DNA of 63,873 nucleotides, filler included, from Octopus bimaculoides (lineage: Eukaryota): the NCBI RefSeq assembly GCF_001194135.2. It is 5 parts of 5 records of this genome, joined end to end, with 100 filler letters (N's around TTAATTAATTAA, not from the genome) between each part and the next. Parts side by side here need not be neighbours in the genome. Positions count along the whole stretch, not along the records: positions 1 to 15,321 come from NC_068989.1; 4 more parts are not named here. The stretch is one strand, 5' to 3'. The stretch's first letter is position 1, and every line of letters starts with the position of its first letter. Shown piece after piece: positions 1-13,671 of this stretch. A program made the translations under genes and the position numbers. The notes below the pieces were generated by a model that was not told the DNA's origin, ran no database searches, and was given only the letters and a program-made list of their open reading frames with translations.

Positions 1-1500
1 GTGAGAGGACTTCGGAAAATTCACAAGATCCGAGGTTTTTGCCCATGACTTTGAGGAAAATGTACATCATTTAATTAAATTTTATATAAATACCTTTCAA
101 ACGACATGCATTACGGATACCTAATGTGCCGTAAACCCCTTATTTTTGTTTGGAAAAAAGTGTGTGGGGGGACCCCAAAAATGCGTTTTTGAAGGTGAGG
201 TGCGAAGCTGCATTTACTAACTGCCTTTACTAACAATAACGGTAATGACAAATTTTAAAGTTTGCTTGGCATTTTATAAGTGTGAAAGGGATTAAAATTT
301 CGATACTCCGTATCAAAGATTCTGACAAGAATAGGCGGAAAAGAATTCTGTTTACATAATCAGCTTGAACTGTCACCATCCTCTGTCGGTTGAGTAAATT
401 GTCGTCCAAGCTGATGTTTACTGATAATTAAACTTAATTTGCAACACCTCTGCGTATTTATCAGCTTTGTTTTTGTTGGTAATTCTTATCAACATTTCCT
501 GTGATCGTGACTTGAGAAGGCATACAGCAGTATGCTAAAGATCGGACATAATCTCTTGTAGGCAAGAAATGTAAAATAAATTTTATTATAAACAACACAA
601 ACACTGTAATTTAATAGCTTTTAATGTGATACCTGTTAAATAGAAATTATTTTTATTTAATGAAAATTTCATAAAATCTAATCATAAGGAAGTTAAATTA
701 TACTAAATACAACTAAACTGAAAACCTTTTCCCCCTGGCTATATCGACAATTCTGAAAACTTTTACATGAGTAGAAGCTTTTTTTAACAAATGTAATGTT
801 AGGAGTACCTCGGGATGAACAAAAATATATTGTATGATGTCTTGTAATAACAGGTGTTTAACTAAGAAATTTTACACCTGGGTAAAAATAAGGTACTTGA
901 AACTCTCTGTATGCAATAAATAGGTTTCTCATATTGAGTTTCCTCCATCACGACCTACTGGGTCCTTTATTTCAGGCAGAAAGCTACCAAATACTTGAAA
1001 CGAAGACAAAGAAACAGAATTGATAGAGCTTGAAATAGTCTTTAAATGGACAGCATATGCCTGTATATGTATAGGACAAATACACTGGAGAGGACAAATA
1101 GTTTACATACAGAGATGAGAAATTTGAATGTTATAACAGAATAGAAAGCCAATTGCAAAATAAAATTAATTTTGTGTACATATTGTATCTTAGACAGCAA
1201 ACACGGACTACATGTATAGGCGAGGAATTTTTATTTCGTTCTAGAAAAAAGGGCTAATTGCCTTTTAGACTGTGATGTTTAAATATAGATTGTGTCCTGA
1301 TGGTAGAGGTGGACTACATATAGTGGTGCCTTTGTATTTTGCAGTTGAAGATAGAGTTAATTACCCAGAAATTTCAGCGTAATTGTATTTCTTTGGCATT
1401 TTTATAACGATGATGGTTTGGGTTTTGTTGTAGTCGACCTTGATCCAGGGGTTGCCGATAATCCCTCTTTAATCACTGTATATGATTTATCTAAGTTCCC

Positions 1501-1551
1501 TGAGAAAAAGGTACAGGTTTATATAAGTGAGAAAAAGGTACAGGTTTATAT
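1501..1551. repeat. 24-bp direct duplication TGAGAAAAAGGTACAGGTTTATAT (period 27)
   Basis: Copies at 1501-1524 and 1528-1551. Confidence 0.95.
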
Positions 1552-3289
1552 GACCAACCTCTGCTGGGAAATACTTTCCACCTATACCCTTTAACAACCG
1601 ATGATGTCATGCATAAGACAAAAAGCCATGGTAATTACTGCAATAAGAGGTCGTAATATCCTCCTGTCAGAAGCTTGATCTAAGTCGCTGGAACGGATTG
1701 AGCCCCACAAAAGACACTTTAGACCAAGAATTGATATTAAGATGTGGTTTCTTAGTCTACGTTAAGAAATGAAGAATGGAACTGTGATGTTTTGGCATGT
1801 CGCTGGTACAACAGAAATTGTTTGACTGCATTCAATATCACAATCTGTGAGTGATCGCTAGCATTTCAGAAAAGCCTGAGTTCGTATACTCGATGCCATT
1901 ATCATGGATGGAGAAACTATGGCATTTCTGGAGTGGCTCTATGTTAGTAGTTGACAAACTGCAGTTTTAAGTTAATTCGGATAAAGAAATCACGGCATGT
2001 CTGAATGTTAGCTGTTGACAAAATGCAGCTCTTAAGTTAATTTAAATCTCTTCGTCACCATCGTTGTTGTTACTGTGCTTTTGTTGAAGTGCTAGCTGTT
2101 GTCATTGTGTCTGCTGTTGTTGATGTGCTTTTGTTAACAGCCTTAGAGACGTTTGATATATGATAGAATCAGCTGTTTAATGTTGTGTTCAGTGGGTAAT
2201 AGCATTGCTATTTCGAGCGAGTATTAAATATCTTACACATGACTTGATTTTATGATTTATTAATCTCATATACAATCATTATAGCAGAGTCATCGGTTAC
2301 TATTCATATTAAAATATCCAAGGAAAGCCTCATAGTCGATTAGCTCGACCTTCATATATGGCTGGTACCTAACCAACTGCTGACGCAGACATGATTGTGT
2401 GGTTTTGAGCTTCTATCCAATAAATTTTATTAAATATGGTGAAGAGAGGCAATATTAGTGTAGTTAAGTGAGCCAATATTAACAACGTGTCAATATGTTG
2501 ATGCTAATTATTTTGAAAGATTGGGTGAAATTGGACTTACATCTTCATTGCTTTCGTGGTGTACTTCCGCCTGATCGTTGTGCCTTGTTCCAGGAAGGAC
2601 ACGATTAAATATGTCTGTGATGTCTTTTGCTTCATGTGGAAGTGGTGAGATCAGCTGGCCAACAGGTCCATCTGGTTTCAATAATCATTACAATCGGTAT
2701 CAGTGTATCATCAATTACTGATGAACATATCTAGTCACCTTTCGTGTATCCGCTTTTGTTTAGCTCGTATATTTTCCATGGTCTGACTTAGATGTTTTGT
2801 ATCTAGACAATTGCCAGAATCATGTAGCCAATACAATGCCAAACCTTGCTTTCTATAAAGAAAAGTTAGTCGAGTGTCTAAGGACGAGAGGGATTCTATG
2901 TATCTGCTAATGAGGAGAGCCAGAGTTCTGAGTCAGGAAGATTTATGGGTCGAGGGCTTTGGAAATTTCTAAATATCATTGGCCTAGCGGTGTTACAGAT
3001 GATCATTGCCTCTTTCAAATAAACTCTACAGATATGGCCATTCTAGAATTCTAGGCTATGTTTACACCGTATGAGTCGAGACAATTCTTATCTTATGAAT
3101 GGGTCGTATTACGCCATGTTGTTATGAAATTCTCTCGTTATTATAATTTATACTATTGCCATTCGACTTACTCCAACGCAAGAAACACCTTCCAACACTT
3201 CTCCTCTCTTACCACCTTCCCTTCATGGCTGTCGTCGTTGTCATCGGCGTTGTCGACTGTAGTTCTACTCATCATTACAATCCACACCA

Positions 3290-3560
3290 CCGCCGCCGCC
3301 AACACCACCACCACCACCGCCACCAAAAGCACCAGCACCACTACCACCACCACCACCACCACCACCACCANNNNNNNNNNNNNNNNNNNNNNNNNNNNNN
3401 NNNNNNNNNNNNNNNNNNNNNNNNNNNNNNNNNNNNNGCCACCAAAACCACCACCACCACTACCACCACCACCCCCAGCACCACCACTACCAGCACCACC
3501 ACTACCAGCACCACCACTACCAGCACCACTACCAGCACCAGCACCAGCACCACCACCACA
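3290..3560. repeat. Compound (ACC)n / CCAGCACCACCACTA low-complexity array
   Basis: Direct reading. It explains the Pro/Thr/His-rich ORFs of the track. Confidence 0.9.
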
Positions 3561-3765
3561 TCTTTAATATTATCTTTAATAATATTACCATTATCAATGA
3601 GATTTATGTTGTTGCTATTGTCGCTGTTGTTGCGGAGCTGCTGCTGCTGCTGCTGTCATTATTATATTCTACAACATATTGCAAAGCCTGATCTGATGTA
3701 AAACCGATATGTCGCCTACAAATCTTGTTTAGAAGCATAAAATGATGATGATGATGATGATATTG

Positions 3766-3831
<66 letters not shown>

Positions 3832-3985
3832 GCGACCTCAAGGTTCATTTTCTAAAGAGAAGCTAGTTTCGATGTGTCACAGATGGTGGACTTGCCGATC
3901 AAAGCTATATAGCATTCGATTCACCGATAAGGTTTTTGGTAAAATATTCAGAATTTAGAAAATATATATTTATTCCTTTATCTAT

Positions 3986-4016
<31 letters not shown>

Positions 4017-5099
4017 GTTAGTTGTGTATTCATTGAGTTATTTAGTTAGTTTTTCAATTCCTACAATCATAGAGAGCCGCTTGTATAATTATGGTTATCA
4101 AAGCAATTGCTTACATCGGGAGGGGAAATTAGAAAAACAAAACAAAACAAAACAGAACAAAAAGAAGCCATAAACCTAAACTCATATATATGCAATGGAA
4201 CAGTGCTAAATGATAGGCATTATATTGACCAGGTCAGAGATGTCTCCATCAATATGGAATTCTTTTCGGTTATGGCAGTAAAAAAATTATTCTTCGTTCA
4301 TCAACTCAAAATATAACCTCTGAAACAACTGCTTGATTATTTCATTATCATTCTGTCTCTATACCCCTATCGCTCTTCGCATATGTTCCACCACTCTCTG
4401 TCACTCTTTCAGTGTCCCTCTTTGTGCTTTGTCTCCTTCTCCCTCTCTGATATATATATATATATATANNNNNNNNNNNNNNNNNNNNNNNNNNNNNNNN
4501 NNNNNNNNNNNNNNNNNNNNNNNNNNNNNNNNNNNNNNNNNNNNNNNNNNNNNNNNNNNNNNNNNNNNNNNNNNNNNNNNNNNNNNNNNNNNNNNNNNNN
4601 NNNNNNNNNNNNNNNNNNNNNNNNNNNNNNNNNNNNNNNNNNNNNNNNNNNNNNNNNNNNNNNNNNNNNNNNNNNNNNNNNNNNNNNNNNNNNNNNNNNN
4701 NNNNNNNNNNNNNNNNNNNNNNNNNNNNNNNNNNNNNNNNNNNNNNNNNNNNNNNNNNNNNNNNNNNNNNNNNNNNNNNNNNNNNNNNNNNNNNNNNNNN
4801 NNNNNNNNNNNNNNNNNNNNNNNNNNNNNNNNNNNNNNNNNNNNNNNNNNNNNNNNNNNNNNNNNNNNNNNNNNNNNNNNNNNNNNNNNNNNNNNNNNNN
4901 NNNNNNNNNNNNNNNNNNNNNNNNNNNNNNNNNNNNNNNNNNNNNNNNNNNNNNNNNNNNNNNNNNNNNNNNNNNNNNNNNNNNNNNNNNNNNNNNNNNN
5001 NNNNNNNNNNNNNNNNNNNNNNATGCATCTCTCTAACTCTCTCCCTCAGTCTCTCTTTCTTTTTATTTCTTTCTCTCTATGTATCCTATCAATTTAACA

Positions 5100-5159
<60 letters not shown>

Positions 5160-5246
5160 CGTTATCATTTGATCTCAATTCAGAGTGCCAAATTAGGTGG
5201 AGAACCATCATTGAATGTTGGCGTGTATCTGTGGTGTAATAACATT

Positions 5247-5280
<34 letters not shown>

Positions 5281-5866
5281 GCAGCAAATATCATTTCGCT
5301 GTTTCTAACCTCGGCACAAAATACTAGATAACGCATGTTGTAAATCAAAAAGCTCTCACTCTTTGACGATTTCCACTTATCTTACCAAATCCAACCAACA
5401 AGGACGAAATCCTTTCTATGGATCCACACCATATAACATTCTTCACCACTTCACATATATATATTCCATTGCCTTGGCCCCCTCAACTACGCCTGGTGTC
5501 GTGAGGACGCCGTTGTGACATACATCGCCAAGGAGATTTCTTCTTCTTCTTCTTCTTCTTCTTCTTCTTCTTCTTCTTCTTCTTCTTCTTCTTCTTCTTC
5601 TTCTTNNNNNNNNNNNNNNNNNNNNNNNNNNNNNNNNNNNNNNNNNNNNNNNNNNNNNNNNNNNNNNNTATTAATTTTACCTTTGGAAACCATGCAAAAC
5701 CAAAGTTACTCTCGACAATTTTTGAACTCGGAGCACGAAAAACCAGAACGAATTCCGCAAAGTACTTTTTATTCGACGCACCAACGACTGCACCAACGAC
5801 TGCAATTCTGTCCTGATAAGCTTAGCCCGTCTCCATCATCCTAGCACATTTTGAGAGTCCAAAATC

Positions 5867-5902
<36 letters not shown>

Positions 5903-5904
<2 letters not shown>

Positions 5905-6686
5905 GAAAACTCACAGCTTATTTTGTTGGGTATGATGGAAAGTGTCAGCTTTCCACAGTCAGCAGACTAAGGTGACATTTGGTTACTGGTCATGCTTTAA
6001 GAACACTGCGAAGAATTCTTACAGTTCCAAGCAATGATGACTTTTGCAGGTATTCTACCTTCACACTTGAACCGATATTTTCAACCATGCTGGTAGTTGA
6101 GTGCTCATACTTCCAAGTACACCAGTTACTACTGGTATCAGGTCTACTCACTTCATTGACCACAACCTTCGTATTTCCCACTTTAAATCGTCATAGTACT
6201 TTATCTTTTCTTTCACATTGATCCTGTTGTCACCGGGGCATGTTATGTCAATTATCATACATATTCTTTCTTTTTTATTCACCACAACAATGTCTAGTTT
6301 CCTATGACTAGTCAGGTGATCGCATTGGATCATTACATCCCATAGGATTTTGCTGGGGCACCACCTAAGGTTCTGAATATCGGTTGAATATCGCCTTTTT
6401 TCCCATTAATTTCTTATTCTTCGGGTTGCTAAGGCTCCAGCAGTCGAGTGAAGAAGTACTAGGCACAATGCAAGTTCTCTATTAGTATTATTTACAATAT
6501 ATACAAAGGTGTGGTATGTTGCTCTTTTGCAACCATCTCATGATTGTTTGGGATTTTTCCTTTAGTTGGTACCCAAGGTTCATTTTCCTGAATACCAAGA
6601 CCAGGGGTATCATGCAGAGAACGAAAAGCAACGGAGATGGGCTGTCACTCTGGAAAAACCCTGTTCTGATACCCAAAGTGCCCAAT
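5903..6686 (-). mobile_element. Internally deleted R4/Dong-type (RLE endonuclease) non-LTR retrotransposon fragment
   Basis: RT remnant (GIRTGFFQSDSPSPLLFVLCMIPL) at about 6490-6686. RLE domain ILWDVMIQCDH...RKLDIVVVNKKERICMIIDITCPGD...YDDLKWEIRRLW. The 3' end runs into a (TAA)n array at 5868-5902. Confidence 0.85.
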
Positions 6687-6688
6687 AT

Positions 6689-7212
6689 TGTTGTTGTTGT
6701 TGTTGTTGTTGTTGTTCTTCTTCTTCTTCTTCTTCTTCTTCTTCTTCTGATGATGATGATGGTGGTGGTGGTGGTGGTGGTGGTGTGGGGGAGAATTAAG
6801 GAGAGAATGACTACGATGGTGACGATGATGATGACGTTGACGACGAGGACGACGACGATGACCACGAAATCAATAATGATGGTGGTAGTGATGAAGATAA
6901 TAATTTTGAGGAAGATTATGAATACGTTGACGATTGTAATGATGACAGCTATCAACATGCCGACCACAATCATCATCAAGGTCATGGCGATATATTGGCT
7001 ATGACAATAATTATGTTAATGATGATTAATTACCGAGAAGACAAGGATCATGATGGCCGTGGTAGTTGTGGTGGTTGTGATGGTTGTGGTGATGGTGACC
7101 GCGACAGTAAAGAACTTGGCGCTAATAAGTACACAATGAAAAAATGCTTCGGAATAAACAACAACATCGAACACCACCGCCACCACCACCAATAGAGCAA
7201 GAGCAATGTCAG

Positions 7213-7293
<81 letters not shown>

Positions 7294-7307
7294 TTAATAA
7301 TAATAAT
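6689..7307. repeat. Compound trinucleotide region (GTT, CTT, GAT, GGT, GAC ... AAT)
   Basis: Direct reading. Confidence 0.9.
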
Positions 7308-7832
7308 GCCAATACACACAGATAGAGAAATTAAGGCAAATAGACCAGATATAGTTGTCAAAGATCATGAAGAAAAAAAATGCTTTCTAATTGATGTATC
7401 AATACCAGCAGATGACAACGTTTCTCTAAAAGAAATGGAAAAACTTTCAAAATACAAAGACCTGGAAATAGAGATAACTCGAATGTGGAATCTAAAAACA
7501 GAAACAATTCCTATCATAGTAGGTGCCTTAGNNNNNNNNNNNNNNNNNNNNNNNNNNNNNNNNNNNNNNNNNNNNNNNNNNNNNNNNNNNNNNNNNNNNN
7601 NNNNNNNNNNNNNNNNNNNNNNNNNNNNNNNNNNNNNNNNNNNNNNNNNNNNNNNNNNNNNNNNNNNNNNNNNNNNNNNNNNNNNNNNNNNNNNNNNNNN
7701 NNNNNNNNNNNNNNNNNNNNNNNNNNNNNNNNNNNNNNNNNNNNNNNNNNNNNNNNNNNNNNNNNNNNNNNNNNNNNNNNNNNNNNNNNNNNNNNNNNNN
7801 NNNNNNNNNNNNACGTTATAAAAATAAAATTA

Positions 7833-7836
<4 letters not shown>
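7306..7836 (+). mobile_element. 5'-truncated R4/Dong-type LINE 3' end (family 1), gap inside
   Basis: MPIHTDREIKANRPDIVVKDHEEKKCFLIDVSIPADDNVSLKEMEKLSKYKDLEIEITRMWNLKTETIPIIVGAL is a PD-(D/E)xK RLE. The 3'UTR ends ACTGA. (AAT)n lies on both sides (7213-7307, 7837-7905). Confidence 0.9.
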
Positions 7837-7905
<69 letters not shown>

Positions 7906-8024
7906 GCAGAATAATGCTGCGATTGAGAATATAAAAAAAATCACTTCTTTAACTTTCTAAAAGACATCTCAAAGCTTCTAAAAGCAAACTTCGTTTGTTT
8001 ATTTACGTTTGTCGTAATTTGAAT

Positions 8025-8083
<59 letters not shown>

Positions 8084-8087
<4 letters not shown>

Positions 8088-8610
8088 TGATGGCATATGC
8101 ACACACGAGAAAAGGTCAGAGAAAATGAAAAAGCAACCATACTCTGGGATATGCCAATACACACATATAGAGAAATTAAGGCCAATAGGGCGGATATAAT
8201 TGTCCGAGATCATGAAGAAAAAAAAATGCCTTCTAATCGATGTATCAATAATAACAGATGACAATGTTTCTATAAAAGAAACGGAATAACTTTCAAAATA
8301 CAAAGATCTGGAAATAGAGGTAAGTCGAATGTGGAGCCTAAAAGCAGAAACAATTTCTATCATAGTAGGCGCAGTAGGTATGATAAAAAAAAAACATTCA
8401 GACAAATACATAACAAAATCACCAGGACTTACAAGCATATATAACATACAGAAAATAGCACTACTAGGCACCGCACATATCCAACGTAAAACACTTTCAA
8501 TACAGTGAAAAGAAGCACACCCACCACAACAAGCCACAGTACATACCCAAGGCACACAGAGCTGCGCTCGGTACTCCAGTGAAAACTTGTGATAAAAATA
8601 AGGCGACTGA
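8084..8610 (+). mobile_element. 5'-truncated R4/Dong-type LINE 3' end (family 1, second copy)
   Basis: Same RLE coding sequence with stops and frameshifts (ENEKATILWDMPIHT...RADIIVRDHEEKK). Same 3'UTR (GAGCTGCGCTCGGT...ACTGA). (AAT)n on both sides. Confidence 0.9.
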
Positions 8611-8689
8611 ATAATATTAATAATAATAATAATAATAATAATGATGATGATGATGATGATGATGATGATGTTGATGATAATAATTATAT

Positions 8690-9121
8690 CTCCTCATTGA
8701 TATGACTCGCAATCGACATGAATGTATCTGTCAAGACCTACAAAAAACTGAGCGAGATTTAGAAATAGAAATTGGCAAAATGTGGAACCTCAAAACTAAA
8801 ACAACACCTGTTGTCATATGTGCCCTAGGAATGATAGCAAAAGGGGCTTAGGTACCAGGAACCCCCAAAATGGCAGAAATTCAAAGGATAGTGTTCATGG
8901 GAACTGTCAATACCCTACGTAAATTCTATGTAATCTCAAATTTTAAAACAAGCTCATAATTTTCTTATGTGTTCATAGACATTCTCTAGAACAATACTAT
9001 GTGCAAATCCAAATATATGGCACCCTAGGCATAACGACCAACATAAACTTCTAACGTGTCTCTTGAGGTCTCTGGGTGAGGCTTGAAGCCAACTTGTACA
9101 AATACAAAGCAAAAGTCGAAC

Positions 9122-9124
<3 letters not shown>
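8690..9124 (+). mobile_element. R4/Dong-type LINE 3' end (family 2)
   Basis: Decayed LLIDMT...DLEIEIGKMWNLKTKTTPVVI.ALGMIAKG plus a different 3'UTR. Ends in (TAA)n at 9125-9197. Confidence 0.8.
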
Positions 9125-9197
<73 letters not shown>

Positions 9198-9198
<1 letters not shown>

Positions 9199-9400
9199 GT
9201 TTCAAATTTGCCACAAGGGCGGCAATTTTGGAAGAGAGAGGATGAGTCGATTACATCGACCACAGTGTTCAACTGTTATTCTATCAACCCCGAAAGAATG
9301 AAAAGCAAGGTCAACCTCGGCGGACTTTGGACTCCGAACGCAAAGACGGACGAAATGCCGTTAAGCATTTTGTTCGGCGGGCTTATGATTCTGAAAATTC
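9198..9400 (-). mobile_element. SINE family A copy
   Basis: Head/core GTTC.GAGT.CAAA.TCCGCCGAGGT.GAC.TTGC.TTTCAT.CTTTCGGGGT.GATA shared with other copies. Tail AAATTTGAAACC runs into (ATT)n. Confidence 0.8.
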
Positions 9401-10489
9401 TGCGACTTCAGTAACACTAATGATATTAATTATGAATTCTTAAGCCTGTTTCATTGTTCCTCTTNNNNNNNNNNNNNNNNNNNNNNNNNNNNNNNNNNNN
9501 NNNNNNNNNNNNNNNNNNNNNNNNNNNNNNNNNNNNNNNNNNNNNNNNNNNNNNNNNNNNNNNNNNNNNNNNNNNNNNNNNNNNNNNNNNNNNNNNNNNN
9601 NNNNNNNNNNNNNNNNNNNNNNNNNNNNNNNNNNNNNNNNNNNNNNNNNNNNNNNNNNNNNNNNNNNNNNNNNNNNNNNNNNNNNNNNNNNNNNNNNNNN
9701 NNNNNNNNNNNNNNNNNNNNNNNNNNNNNNNNNNNNNNNNNNNNNNNNNNNNNNNNNNNNNNNNNNNNNNNNNNNNNNNNNNNNNNNNNNNNNNNNNNNN
9801 NNNNNNNNNNNNNNNNNNNNNNNNNNNNNNNNNNNNNNNNNNNNNNNNNNNNNNNNNNNNNNNNNNNNNNNNNNNNNNNNNNNNNNNNNNNNNNNNNNNN
9901 NNNNNNNNNNNNNNNNNNNNNNNNNNNNNNNNNNNNNNNNNNNNNNNNNNNNNNNNNNNNNNNNNNNNNNNNNNNNNNNNNNNNNNNNNNNNNNNNNNNN
10001 NNNNNNNNNNNNNNNNNNNNNNNNNNNNNNNNNNNNNNNNNNNNNNNNNNNNNNNNNNNNNNNNNNNNNNNNNNNNNNNNNNNNNNNNNNNNNNNNNNNN
10101 NNNNNNNNNNNNNNNNNNNNNNNNNNNNNNNNNNNNNNNNNNNNNNNNNNNNNNNNNNNNNNNNNNNNNNNNNNNNNNNNNNNNNNNNNNNNNNNNNNNN
10201 NNNNNNNNNNNNNNNNNNNNNNNNNNNNNNNNNNNNNNNNNNNNNNNNNNNNNNNNNNNNNNNNNNNNNNNNNNNNNNNNNNNNNNNNNNNNNNNNNNNN
10301 NNNNNNNNNNNNNNNNNNNNNNNNNNNNNNNNNNNNNNNNNNNNNNNNNNNNNNNNNNNNNNNNNNNNNNNNNNNNNNNNNNNAGCTACATTTAAATTCT
10401 TTGATTACTTGATTTGATTACAATGTAAACAAAATCTAATGAATAAACAATAGACAAAACAACCAAAATAATTTGACTGCTGCTTCTAC

Positions 10490-10494
10490 TGCTG

Positions 10495-10533
<39 letters not shown>

Positions 10534-10777
10534 GCAATAATAATGACAACATGATTGTAAAAGTCTGTGTCCTTCAGGTACTGGGGCTATATGTTATAGT
10601 AACTGCTTTTGTTTATATTATTTTTACAACCATCGTCGTCATCATCACCATCATCACCATCATCATCATAACCTTCATCATCTTCATCATCATCATCAAC
10701 CTAACCCCCTCCTCCTCGTCCTCTTCCTCCTTATCATCATCGTTGTTGTTGTTGTTATTATTATCATTATTATTATG

Positions 10778-10851
<74 letters not shown>

Positions 10852-10880
10852 CATCATTATTATTGTTATTATCATTATTT
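10490..10880. repeat. Compound (ACT)n/(CAT)n/(ATT)n microsatellite
   Basis: Direct reading. Confidence 0.9.
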
Positions 10881-12485
10881 CAAACCTCGTGTTATTCAAG
10901 CCTGGCGAAACAAGCAGAGTTTCTAATTATCAAACTGCCGATCATCTGCTGTCACTAACTGTTCGTATCACATCATTGTAAGCGAAGACATCATGGCTGC
11001 CATATTGCCAGAGAGGTAAAAGTTTAATAGGATGCCTGGCAGTGAAGGTCGTGACATCTGCCATGCTTACAGTTCTTGTTTGCCGGCCATTGCAAACGAA
11101 TTGAGAATGGCGGGCTGTAAAACAATCGAAATCGTTTCTTAGTTTGAAATCTCGTAGTGACAGTTCCCATCAAGCGAAAGCGAGACCAGTATCAATGAAG
11201 GACCTTTTAGCAGTTATTCCCTTCTTACATTCGCTTACATATTTTTTTTAACTTTACATTTTCATGTTTATATTTTTTGACTTTTTCTTCTGTATTTATT
11301 GCATATTTTTCATTCATTTTTTATTTAGTTGTTTGTTTATTTATACATTTCTGATTGTTTATTTATTCCTTCCTTATTGTTTTTCATTTTCCTCCTTTCA
11401 AACAAAGGTTTTTCGCTAATTTTTTCCTATAGTCACTATTCTCTTTTTCTCACATTTCAATGTTTTTATATTTCAATATATATATATATATAATANNNNN
11501 NNNNNNNNNNNNNNNNNNNNNNNNNNNNNNNNNNNNNNNNNNNNNNNNNNNNNNNNNNNNNNNNNNNNNNNNNNNNNNNNNNNNNNNNNNNNNNNNNNNN
11601 NNNNNNNNNNNNNNNNNNNNNNNNNNNNNNNNNNNNNNNNNNNNNNNNNNNNNNNNNNNNNNNNNNNNNNNNNNNNNNNNNNNNNNNNNNNNNNNNNNNN
11701 NNNNNNNNNNNNNNNNNNNNNNNNNNNNNNNNNNNNNNNNNNNNNNNNNNNNNNNNNNNNNNNNNNNNNNNNNNNNNNNNNNNNNNNNNNNNNNNNNNNN
11801 NNNNNNNNNNNNNNNNNNNNNNNNNNNNNNNNNNNNNNNNNNNNNNNNNNNTATATATATACATATATATATATTTATGTGTTATATAGGTTCATATAAT
11901 ATATTATATATATATATATATAATAGGCATTCATATGTATCATATATATAAATGTGTGTATGTATGTATGACTTTATGCATGTTTAGGTATGGAAACATG
12001 TCTATGTAATTATGTTTTTTTTTTTCTATAAGTAATGTCAATTTTTTTCCGAATAAAAACAATGAATGAGGCAGTGAATATATGAGTGAGTATACATATA
12101 TACATACATACATATATACATATATACATACACACATACATGCATACATACATTAATACATTCATACATACATACATGCATACATACATACATTCATACA
12201 TACATACAAATATACATACATACATGCATACACACACAAACACACACTCACACACACTCACAATGTATACACACATACATACAAAAATATACGCATTTAT
12301 ATATAGAGATATACACACATGTGTGTGTGTGCGTGACCCCGCACAATAAGTATAAAGAAAGATATCAAAACAAAATTGTTGATGCCATTACTTCCACAGC
12401 TTTCATAAGTACACAAGTATCACGAACTACACAAACATTCACGACACCGAAAAGGGTTGTTTGCATACATGCACACGTGCATAAA

Positions 12486-12519
<34 letters not shown>

Positions 12520-12528
12520 CTGTATATA

Positions 12529-12805
12529 GTTGTAGAAATCAGCTGCCCAGCGGATGTTAACATAAAGCTGAAGATCAACACAAAAGAAAATATCTACGCT
12601 GAACTATTAAGAAACCTACAGTTACTCTACCCAGATTACAAGTTCAGGTTTACACCTGTAATTATTGGGGCGTTGGGATTTGTAACACACTGCCTAAATA
12701 CTAGTCTTGAGAAATTAACCATCTGAAAACCAGAAAGAAGAAAACTGAATCGAAGATTAGATTCAAGCCATCACTGGAACTGTAAAAATCTCTAAAACTT
12801 TCCAG
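12529..12805 (+). mobile_element. RLE-type LINE 3' coding fragment (family 3)
   Basis: VVEISCPADVNIKLKINTKENIYAELLRNLQLLYPDYKFRFTPVIIGALG. Followed by (GAT)n(AAT)n at 12806-12882. Confidence 0.8.
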
Positions 12806-12829
12806 ATGATGATGATGATGATGATGATG

Positions 12830-12882
<53 letters not shown>

Positions 12883-13561
12883 NNNNNNNNNNNNNNNNNN
12901 NNNNNNNNNNNNNNNNNNNNNNNNNNNNNNNNNNNNNNNNNNNNNNNNNNNNNNNNNNNNNNNNNNNNNNNNNNNNNNNNNNNNNNNNNNNNNNNNNNNN
13001 NNNNNNNNNNNNNNNNNNNNNNNNNNNNNNNNNNNNNNNNNNNNNNNNNNNNNNNNNNNNNNNNNNNNNNNNNNNNNNNNNNNNNNNNNNNNNNNNNNNN
13101 NNNNNNNNNNNNNNNNNNNNNNNNNNNNNNNNNNNNNNNNNNNNNNNNNNNNNNNNNNNNNNNNNNNNNNNNNNNNNNNNNNNNNNNNNNNNNNNNNNNN
13201 NNNNNNNNNNNNNNNNNNNNNNNNNNNNNNNNNNNNNNNNNNNNNNNNNNNNNNNNNNNNNNNNNNNNNNNNNNNNNNNNNNNNNNNNNNNNNNNNNNNN
13301 NNNNNNNNNNNNNNNNNNNNNNNNNNNNNNNNNNNNNNNNNNNNNNNNNNNNNNNNNNNNNNNNNNNNNNNNNNNNNNNNNNNNNNNNNNNNNNNNNNNN
13401 NNNNNNNNNNNNNNNNNNNNNNNNNNNNNNNNNNNNNNNNNNNNNNNNNNNNNNNNNNNNNNNNNNNNNNNNNNNNNNNNNNNNNNNNNNNNNNNNNNNN
13501 NNNNNNNNNNNNNNNNNNNNNNNNNNNNNNNNNNNNNNNNNNNNNNNNNNNNNNNNNNNNN

Positions 13562-13636
13562 AACCACAGCACATACCCAAGGCGCACAGAGCTGCGCTCG
13601 GTAGTGAAGTGAAAGCACGTTATAAAAATAAAACTA

Positions 13637-13640
<4 letters not shown>
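13562..13640 (+). mobile_element. 3'UTR end of an R4/Dong family 1 copy
   Basis: CACAGCACATACCCAAGGCGCACAGAGCTGCGCTCGGT...AAAAATAAAACTACTGA matches 8530-8610 and 7813-7836. Followed by (AAT)n at 13641-13669. Confidence 0.85.

Positions 13641-13670
<30 letters not shown>

Positions 13671-13671
<1 letters not shown>

Noticed and set aside
3058-3701. Pro/Thr/His-rich ORFs resembling extensin or mucin
   Set aside because: They are translations of (ACC)n-type microsatellite, with no splice or homology support.
9454-10395. Long ORF-track entries such as 9454-10395, 12701-13618, 44423-45511 and 55265-56322
   Set aside because: They are open only because they run through N gaps.
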